A program made the translations under genes and the position numbers. DNA of 64,000 bases from Bacilli bacterium. GTDB lineage: Bacteria; Bacillota_I; Bacilli_A; ML615J-28; CAG-698. Numbering within the stretch: the first letter of the stretch is position 1; each line of letters opens with the position of its first letter. Shown in pieces: positions 57,707 through 64,000 of the stretch. The stretch is taken from positions 14,860 to 78,859 of the forward strand of contig JAQUZE010000005.1 of the NCBI GenBank assembly GCA_028691515.1, written 5' to 3'. The notes below the pieces were generated by a model. The model was given only the letters and a program-made list of their open reading frames with translations. It did not search any database and was not told the DNA's origin.

Positions 57707-58612
57707 ATGTACGATGTTTTGATAATTGGTGGAGGACCAGCAGGTATGACTGCAGCTATTTATGCCGCCAGAGCAAATACAAAGGTAGCAATGATTGAAT
57801 ACAGCGCTCCAGGGGGCCAAATGGTAAATACATTTACCATTGATAATTATCCAGGATTTACTTCAATAAATGGTGCAGATTTATCTTTGCAAATGCTTAA
57901 TCAAGTTATTGAGTTGGATGTAGAATTTATTGCTGATCAAATAGTTAGTCTTAAGAGAGATAGTAATAGCAACTTTATATTAAAAGGAACAGAAAATGTT
58001 TATTCTGCAAAATCAGTTATTATTGCAACTGGAACGAAAAATAAAAATTTGGGTGTTTTAGGTGAACAAAAGTTTGATGGAAGAGGAATAAGTTACTGTG
58101 CTGTTTGTGATGGAAATTTATATAAAGATAGAGAAGTTGCTGTAGTGGGTGGTGGAAATTCTGCTTTGGAAGAATCTATTTATTTATCTAGTATTGCAAG
58201 CAAGGTATATATAATTCATAGACGAAATGAATTCCGTGGAGATCAAAAATATGTTGAAAAACTAAAGGAAATTAATAATGTTGAGTTTGTTTTAAATACA
58301 GTAATTACTGAATTTAAAGGAAGTGAAATTTTAGATTGTTTGAGTTTAAAAAATGTTTCAACAAATAAAACTTCAGAATTAAAAGTTGCTGCTTGTTTTG
58401 AATATGTTGGTCAAGATCCAAATACTTCTTTTGTTAAGGATTTAGGAATTACTAATGAATTTGGCTATATTATTGTAGACGAAAATTGTGAAACTTCAAT
58501 AAATAAATTATTTGCTGCTGGAGATGTAATTGAAAAAAATATTAGACAGATTACAACAGCTGTAGCTGATGGATCAATTGCTGCCCTAAATGCTGTTAGA
58601 AAAGTGAATTAA
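57707..58612 (+). CDS. trxB: Thioredoxin-disulfide reductase
   Basis: GGGPAG FAD motif, redox-active CAVCDG, GGGNSA NADPH motif. Confidence 0.93.
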   Translation: MYDVLIIGGGPAGMTAAIYAARANTKVAMIEYSAPGGQMVNTFTIDNYPGFTSINGADLSLQMLNQVIELDVEFIADQIVSLKRDSNSNFILKGTENVYSAKSVIIATGTKNKNLGVLGEQKFDGRGISYCAVCDGNLYKDREVAVVGGGNSALEESIYLSSIASKVYIIHRRNEFRGDQKYVEKLKEINNVEFVLNTVITEFKGSEILDCLSLKNVSTNKTSELKVAACFEYVGQDPNTSFVKDLGITNEFGYIIVDENCETSINKLFAAGDVIEKNIRQITTAVADGSIAALNAVRKVN

Positions 58613-58613
58613 T

Positions 58614-59555
58614 ATGTCATTTGCCAGTGAAATCAAGAAAGAGATTGCGGCAAGCCCTCTAAATAAAAAAGATTCATATGCTGAATTGTATGCAATTATT
58701 CTTTTGAAAAGTTCTTTTGTAATATCAAAAAATAAATTAAATTTAGTTTTTCAAACTAAGCATAATTTTCTTGCGAGAAGAATTAGTTCATTATTTAATG
58801 AGGTTTTTGGCTTAAAAGTTGATATTATTTTAAAGAGTCAAAATAAACTTGATAAGAAATCTTTATATATTATTTCTATTATTGATGATACTCAAGAAAT
58901 ATTAAAAAAATTTAAAATCATTAATGATGATTTATTAGTTATTAAGACTATTAATGATGATATCATAATTGAATCGGAACAAAAAATTGCATTTTTAAGA
59001 GGAGCTTTTTTATCTAGAGGTTCTGTAAATAATCCGGAAACAAGTAATTATCACTTAGAAATTGTTTGTGAGCAAGAATATATTGCACTTAAAATAAAAA
59101 GTTTATTGATTGAAGTTGGTATAGAAGCAAATATTATTAAAAGGTCTAAGGGTTATGTCGTATATCTTAAAAAATCAGAACATATTGGTGATTTTTTAAA
59201 ATATGTTGGTGCTTTTAATAGTTTATTTAGTTTTGAGGATATTCGCATTAAAAAAGATTTAAATAATTATGTTAATAGGATGATTAATTGCGATGTAGCA
59301 AATGAACAAAAAGTTTTAAAAACAGCAGAAGCGCAATTAAATGATATTAATTATATTAAAGAAAAAAGAGGGTTTTTGAATTTATCACAGAGATTGCTTG
59401 ATGCAATTATTTTAAGAAATACGTATCCAGATGATTCTCTATCCTCGTTAAGTGAAAAATCTGAAGATACAATTGGCAAGTATGTTTCAAAATCGGGATT
59501 GTCACATTGTTTTAGTGATTTAAGAAAAATAGCATTGGAAATTAAAAACAAATAA
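58614..59555 (+). CDS. whiA: DNA-binding protein WhiA
   Basis: FASEIKKEI N-terminus, LAGLIDADG-derived middle domain (FLRGAFLSRGSVNNPE), C-terminal HTH. Confidence 0.88.
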   Translation: MSFASEIKKEIAASPLNKKDSYAELYAIILLKSSFVISKNKLNLVFQTKHNFLARRISSLFNEVFGLKVDIILKSQNKLDKKSLYIISIIDDTQEILKKFKIINDDLLVIKTINDDIIIESEQKIAFLRGAFLSRGSVNNPETSNYHLEIVCEQEYIALKIKSLLIEVGIEANIIKRSKGYVVYLKKSEHIGDFLKYVGAFNSLFSFEDIRIKKDLNNYVNRMINCDVANEQKVLKTAEAQLNDINYIKEKRGFLNLSQRLLDAIILRNTYPDDSLSSLSEKSEDTIGKYVSKSGLSHCFSDLRKIALEIKNK

Positions 59556-59638
59556 TTTTCTTGTATAAATGAGCAAAATTTAGTATAATATTCTAAGTTA
59601 GAAAGGGTATTTTGTAGTAGTTTGCAAAAGGTATATAT

Positions 59639-60160
59639 ATGAATACAGCAAGAGAAAAAAAAGTAAATTATAAAGCAATAATACTATGGGTAGCGTTAGG
59701 GATTTTAACCATAACTTTTTCAGTAATTATGGGCATAGAATTATATACGCGATCATTAAGGCCTAATACAGTAACTTCAGCAGATTTTTATTCAATGGAA
59801 GAGACTGAGTATTATGTTTATGTTTATGGTAGTGTAGAGCATGAAAATGAAGTGTCTCTTAGTTTAGAAGAACATATAAATAACTATTATCAATTTATAA
59901 TAAGAAACTCTAAAAATGAAAAAAGTATACCTTTATTTGTTTTTGATATTGATCTTCCAGATAATCAGAAATTTGTTGATGATGAGAAAGCTGAAAAAGT
60001 AAGTAATACTGACAATATTGATGATTTGAATTTTGTTAGTGGAAGAGTTCCAACTTTATTAGTAATAAAGGGAAGTAAAGTGTCAAGACAAATTGTCGGA
60101 ATGAATGAAATAAAAGATTTCTTTGCAATTAAAATTAATGAAATTAAGAAATCGCAATAA
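59639..60160 (+). CDS. Membrane-anchored thioredoxin-fold-like protein lacking a CxxC motif
   Basis: One N-terminal TM. The C-terminal VPTLLVIKGSKVSRQIVG resembles the cis-Pro/beta-strand region of thioredoxins. There is no Cys in the ectodomain. Confidence 0.45.
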   Translation: MNTAREKKVNYKAIILWVALGILTITFSVIMGIELYTRSLRPNTVTSADFYSMEETEYYVYVYGSVEHENEVSLSLEEHINNYYQFIIRNSKNEKSIPLFVFDIDLPDNQKFVDDEKAEKVSNTDNIDDLNFVSGRVPTLLVIKGSKVSRQIVGMNEIKDFFAIKINEIKKSQ

Positions 60161-60176
60161 GCTGTTAAATAATAAC

Positions 60177-60205
60177 TTGACTTTTAGTTTTGTTTATTAT
60201 AAGAT
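60177..60205 (+). promoter_or_regulatory. Candidate promoter for the tRNA pair
   Basis: TTGACT (60177-60182), then either TATAAG (15-nt spacer) or TAAGAT (17-nt spacer). It lies ~15-20 nt upstream of tRNA-Ser. Confidence 0.45.
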
Positions 60206-60220
60206 TAAACGGCTTAAAAT

Positions 60221-60311
60221 GGAGTAGTACTCAAGTGGCTGAAGAGGTGCCCCTGCTAAGGGTATAGATCGGGTAACCGGTGCGAGAGTTCAAATCTCTC
60301 CTACTCCGCCA
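60221..60311 (+). tRNA. tRNA-Ser (anticodon GCU), class II long variable arm, CCA encoded
   Basis: Manual fold: acceptor GGAGTAG/CTACTCC, anticodon stem TGCCC/GGGTA, loop CTGCTAA, long variable arm, T-arm GAGAG-TTCAAAT-CTCTC, discriminator G plus CCA. Confidence 0.9.
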
Positions 60312-60312
60312 T

Positions 60313-60388
60313 GGCCCGTTGGAGAAGCGGTTAACTCATATGCCTTTCACGCATACATTCATGGGTTCAAGTCCCATACGGGTCACCA
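60313..60388 (+). tRNA. tRNA-Glu (anticodon UUC), CCA encoded
   Basis: Manual fold: acceptor GGCCCGT/ACGGGTC, anticodon stem TATGC/GCATA, loop CTTTCAC, T-arm ATGGG-TTCAAGT-CCCAT. Starts 1 nt after tRNA-Ser. Confidence 0.9.
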
Positions 60389-60392
60389 GTTT

Positions 60393-60425
60393 TAGAGTTG
60401 ATATTTTTTATCAACTCTATTTTTA
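60393..60425 (+). terminator. Rho-independent terminator after the tRNA pair
   Basis: TAGAGTTGATA/TATCAACTCTA 11-bp stem, TTTTT loop, followed by a T-run. Confidence 0.8.
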
Positions 60426-60441
60426 TTAGAAAGGGAAATAT

Positions 60442-61986
60442 ATGGCTAAAAAATTAATTGAATTAAAAAATATTTATAAATCTTTTGATGATGAAATAGT
60501 TGTAAAAGATTTTAATTTATATGTTAATAAAAATGAATTTGTTACTTTGGTTGGTCCATCTGGGTGTGGAAAAACTACTACACTTAGAATGATAGGGGGG
60601 TTTGAATTTCCTGATTCAGGAGAAATTATATTAAATGGTGAAAGAGTAAATGAAATACCACCTTACCATCGTCCAATTAATACGGTTTTTCAACGTTATG
60701 CCCTTTTCCCGCATCTAAATGTATTTGATAATGTTGCTTATGGTTTGAGAAATTTTAATAGAGTTTTTGAAGATGTAAAAAGTAATGTTAGAAAAAGTTA
60801 TGAAAAAGAAAAAAAAGAACTTTTAAAAAAAATTCAAGATAAAAATATTAGTAAAGATGAAAAATCAGAGAGTAAATATCGTCTTAAAGAAATAAAATCA
60901 GAGATTAAAGAAAAAATTTCTAATGAGAAAGAAAAGTTATATGAGACTAATCTTGCTTCAATCGAAAAAAGATATGACAAAAAAGAAAAAGAACTTTTAA
61001 GTAAAATTGAAGATTTAGAAAATAATACAGTTAGAATTGAAAAAGCAAATGAAGAATTAGAACAATTGGAAGATAAAATTCATGAAGAAACTATTGGTAT
61101 GAAGAAACTAGAAAAAGCTAAAGTTTTGCAAAAATATAATAAAGAATTGTTAACTTTAAGAAAAATAGCTTATCAAGAAGATATTGATGATTTATATAAA
61201 GAATTAAAAATTGTTTATAAATATCGTTCAGATGAAGAGAAATCAGCAAAATCATTAATGATGAGTAAACATCACATTAATGAAGCTGTTTTAGATGCTC
61301 TAAATTTAGTAAAGTTATCTGGATATGAAAATAGAAAGATATCTAATATGTCTGGAGGGCAACAGCAACGAGTTGCTATTGCTAGGGCAATTGTGAATAA
61401 ACCAAAGATTTTATTGCTTGATGAACCTTTAGCTGCTCTTGATTTAAAATTAAGACAAAATATGCAATATGAATTAAAAGAAATGCAAAGAGAATTGGGT
61501 ATTACATTTATTTATGTTACTCATGATCAAGAAGAAGCACTTACTATGAGTGATATTGTTGTTGTTATGGATAATGGTGAGATTCAGCAGATAGGTACTC
61601 CTCAAGATATCTATAATGAGCCTAAAAATCGATTTGTAGCGAGTTTTATAGGTGAAAGTAATATAATTAGGGCTAAATATAAAACTCCAAAACAAGTGGA
61701 ATTTATGGGTACAGTTTTTGATTGTACAGATGAAAATTTTAAAAATGGGGAAATTTGTGATGTTGTTATAAGGCCTGAAGATTTTGATATTGTTCCTTTA
61801 GAAGAAGCTAAATTGAAGGGAATTGTTGATTCTATTATTTTTAAGGGAGTTGTGTATGAAATATGTGCAATTATTCAAGGAAAAGAATTTGTTATTCATA
61901 AATATGAGAAGTTTGAAGTTGGTGACGAAATAGGACTTACTGTTGATCCTTTTGAAATCCATTTAATGAAAGTAAAAGAATCATGA
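60442..61986 (+). CDS. potA: Spermidine/putrescine ABC transporter ATPase PotA with a ~170-aa coiled-coil insertion
   Basis: GPSGCGKTT, Q-loop VFQRYALFPH, MSGGQQQR, LLLDEP, THDQEEA and a C-terminal TOBE-like domain. The K/E-rich insertion lies between the Q-loop region and the signature motif. Confidence 0.9.
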   Translation: MAKKLIELKNIYKSFDDEIVVKDFNLYVNKNEFVTLVGPSGCGKTTTLRMIGGFEFPDSGEIILNGERVNEIPPYHRPINTVFQRYALFPHLNVFDNVAYGLRNFNRVFEDVKSNVRKSYEKEKKELLKKIQDKNISKDEKSESKYRLKEIKSEIKEKISNEKEKLYETNLASIEKRYDKKEKELLSKIEDLENNTVRIEKANEELEQLEDKIHEETIGMKKLEKAKVLQKYNKELLTLRKIAYQEDIDDLYKELKIVYKYRSDEEKSAKSLMMSKHHINEAVLDALNLVKLSGYENRKISNMSGGQQQRVAIARAIVNKPKILLLDEPLAALDLKLRQNMQYELKEMQRELGITFIYVTHDQEEALTMSDIVVVMDNGEIQQIGTPQDIYNEPKNRFVASFIGESNIIRAKYKTPKQVEFMGTVFDCTDENFKNGEICDVVIRPEDFDIVPLEEAKLKGIVDSIIFKGVVYEICAIIQGKEFVIHKYEKFEVGDEIGLTVDPFEIHLMKVKES

Positions 61987-62801
61987 AAAAGTTTGCAAAA
62001 TTATCGCTTCCATATTTGTTTTGGATGGTTCTTCTTGTAATTATTCCATTATTATTAATGATTGTTTTGGCTTTTTTAGATATTCAAGGACTTGATTTTA
62101 AGAATGCTTCTTTTTCTTTAGATAATTTTAAAACTACTTTCACATCAGTTTATATAAAAGCTTTTTTTGAAAGTATTAAATTTGCTTTTATTACAACAAT
62201 TATTTGTATTTTGATTGCATATCCTTCTGCTTATTTTATTTCTAGGTCAAATTTAAAGTTTAAAGGTTTAATATTAGTGTTATTTATACTGCCTATGTGG
62301 AGTAATATGTTGCTTAGAATTCAGACTTTAAATAGAATGTTGCTTCCTGAGGGATTTATGAATGAAGTTTTTGGTTTTAGTTCTAATATCGCTGGTACTG
62401 ATTTTTCTGTGGTTTTAGCGATGGTAATGTTATATTTACCATTTATGGTTTTTCCAATTTATACAGTTTTAGAAAAAATAGATTATTCATTAATTGAAGC
62501 TAGTCAAGATTTGGGAGCTAATAATAGAAAAACATTTCAAAAAGTCACTTTTCCTTTATCTTTAAAGGGGATTGCTAGTGGTGTTATTATGGTATTTTTA
62601 CCTTGTGCAACAGGTTTTACTATTCCAGAGATTATGTCTGGTGGTAATATGATTTTGATAGGAACGATTATTGAGCAAAAGTTTAAACAAGGTGTTAGTT
62701 ATAATGTTGGTAGTTTAATTTCAATTGTAATAATTTTAATTATCTTTTTGGGCATTTACTTGATTGGTAAATTTGATGCTGAAGGAGAAACTCTATTATG
62801 A
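61983..62801 (+). CDS. potB: Spermidine/putrescine ABC transporter permease PotB
   Basis: Six-TM permease with EAA-type loop (IEASQDLGANNRKTFQKVTFP). ATGA overlap with potA. Confidence 0.88.
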   Translation: MKKFAKLSLPYLFWMVLLVIIPLLLMIVLAFLDIQGLDFKNASFSLDNFKTTFTSVYIKAFFESIKFAFITTIICILIAYPSAYFISRSNLKFKGLILVLFILPMWSNMLLRIQTLNRMLLPEGFMNEVFGFSSNIAGTDFSVVLAMVMLYLPFMVFPIYTVLEKIDYSLIEASQDLGANNRKTFQKVTFPLSLKGIASGVIMVFLPCATGFTIPEIMSGGNMILIGTIIEQKFKQGVSYNVGSLISIVIILIIFLGIYLIGKFDAEGETLL

Positions 62802-63658
62802 TGAAAATAGTAAACGTTAGTAAGCAAAGAAAGTTATTAATTAATAAAATTTTAAAAGTTTCATTTGTTGCTTTAGTTTTATTGATTTTGTATTTACCAA
62901 TAATTTATATTATGGTTCAGTCTTTTAATAGCGATGGGACAGGAACACATTTTCAAAGTTTTACTTTTAAATGGTATAAAGAGATGTTTTTTGACTCAGA
63001 TCTTATGAGGGCTATTAGAACAACGTGGTCTATAGCTATTATATCAACATTATTAAGTACTGTTTTAGGAACATTATTTGCTATTGGAATAAATTCATTA
63101 AATAAAAAAAGACGCAAACAAATGATATTGCTTAATAACATTCCAGTTATTAATGCAGATATTGTTACTGGAGTTTTCTTGATGTTAGTGTTTCAAATTT
63201 TAGGAAGATTTATTGGCTTTGAATATCCATTAGGATATTTTACAATGTTAATTGCTCATATATTTTTTGGTATCCCTTATGTTGTTTTAAGTGTATTACC
63301 TAAATTAAATGAAATTAACCCGAATTTATATGATGCAGCGTTAGATTTAGGTTCAACCCCAACAGATGCTTTGAGGAAAGTAATTATTCCTTCGATTGCA
63401 TCAGGAATTATGGCCGGAATGCTTTTAGCATTTACAATGAGTATTGATGACTTTGTAATCTCTTATTTTACAACAGGATCTGGAGTTTCTAATTTTTCTA
63501 TTTGGTTATATGCAAATAGAAGGGCAATTAGGTTTAATACTTGGCCAAAAGCTTATGCTTATAATACTATTATTTCTATTGGTACTTTAACAATATTAAT
63601 AGTATATAATATCATTAAGTATAGAAAGAATAAAAAGAAAGGGTTTAGTGATTTTTAA
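62798..63658 (+). CDS. potC: Spermidine/putrescine ABC transporter permease PotC
   Basis: Six-TM permease with EAA-type loop (YDAALDLGSTPTDALRKVIIP). Overlaps the potB stop. Confidence 0.88.
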   Translation: MMKIVNVSKQRKLLINKILKVSFVALVLLILYLPIIYIMVQSFNSDGTGTHFQSFTFKWYKEMFFDSDLMRAIRTTWSIAIISTLLSTVLGTLFAIGINSLNKKRRKQMILLNNIPVINADIVTGVFLMLVFQILGRFIGFEYPLGYFTMLIAHIFFGIPYVVLSVLPKLNEINPNLYDAALDLGSTPTDALRKVIIPSIASGIMAGMLLAFTMSIDDFVISYFTTGSGVSNFSIWLYANRRAIRFNTWPKAYAYNTIISIGTLTILIVYNIIKYRKNKKKGFSDF

Positions 63659-64000
63659 ATGAAAAAGTTATTTGGATTTATTACATTTTTTGTAGCGTTA
63701 TTTATTATTAGTGGTTGTTCAAGTCAAGAAAAATTATATGTTTTAAATTGGGCACAATATATTAATGAGGATTTAATTGAAAAATTTGAAGAAGACAATA
63801 ATGTAGAAGTTATTCTAGATGATACTGCTGATTCAAATGAAATTATGTATACAAGAATAAAAAATAGTACTCAACCATATGATATAGTTATTCCAAGCGA
63901 TTATATGATTGATAGACTTAGACAAGAAGATTTATTAGAAAAGATTGATTATGACTTGCTTTCAAATTATAGTGAATCAAATTTTGATAGTAAAGTAGTT
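63659..64000 (+). CDS. potD: Spermidine/putrescine-binding lipoprotein PotD, N-terminal part (continues past the window end)
   Basis: Absent from the ORF track because no stop falls in the window. ATG 63659 follows the potC stop directly. Lipobox ISGC, then LYVLNWAQYI typical of PotD. The frame is open to base 64000. Confidence 0.85.
   Translation, partial: MKKLFGFITFFVALFIISGCSSQEKLYVLNWAQYINEDLIEKFEEDNNVEVILDDTADSNEIMYTRIKNSTQPYDIVIPSDYMIDRLRQEDLLEKIDYDLLSNYSESNFDSKVV

Overview
This is a very AT-rich, gene-dense chromosomal segment with about 60 CDS, nearly all on the + strand; G+C was judged by eye, not computed. It comes from a low-GC Bacillota/Mollicutes-like bacterium with Acholeplasma-, Anaeroplasma- or Erysipelotrichia-like gene order. 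TGA acts as a stop, so the genetic code is 11. The backbone is classic Firmicute housekeeping synteny: dnaI, a T-box leader and thrS; trmFO-xerC-dut; rpsB-tsf-pyrH-frr-(rbr)-uppS-cdsA-dxr-rseP-proS; nagA; udk, hflX and the class II RNR nrdJ on the - strand; cdaA-mgsA; ispD-ispF; nfu; tsaE-tsaB-rimI-tsaD; glnS; pcrA, ligA-uvrA; lgt-trxB-whiA; tRNA-Ser and tRNA-Glu; potABCD (potD runs off the window). I saw no rRNA, CRISPR array, transposase or prophage. Four parts are not explained by the backbone. (1) At 24070-31640, a 1444-aa degenerate SF1-helicase-like ATPase and an ankyrin-repeat protein are translationally coupled to the diadenylate cyclase cdaA. The canonical cdaR and glmM partners are absent, and mgsA plus a degenerate-GGDEF membrane protein follow. 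(2) At 38246-45994, an operon encodes two unknown membrane proteins, a 916-aa coiled-coil protein and a stand-alone B3/4 domain, running into glnS. (3) At 48187-51270, an ECF sigma/anti-sigma module splits the conserved pcrA-ligA pair. Its upstream lipoprotein is a paralog of the anti-sigma ectodomain and carries a 12 x 18-nt in-frame acidic tandem repeat. (4) Several housekeeping genes have lineage-typical oddities: ProRS lacks the INS editing domain, PotA has a ~170-aa coiled-coil insertion, and S2 has a ~150-aa K/E-rich tail. All functional calls rest on motif recognition and synteny read from the translations. No database search was run.
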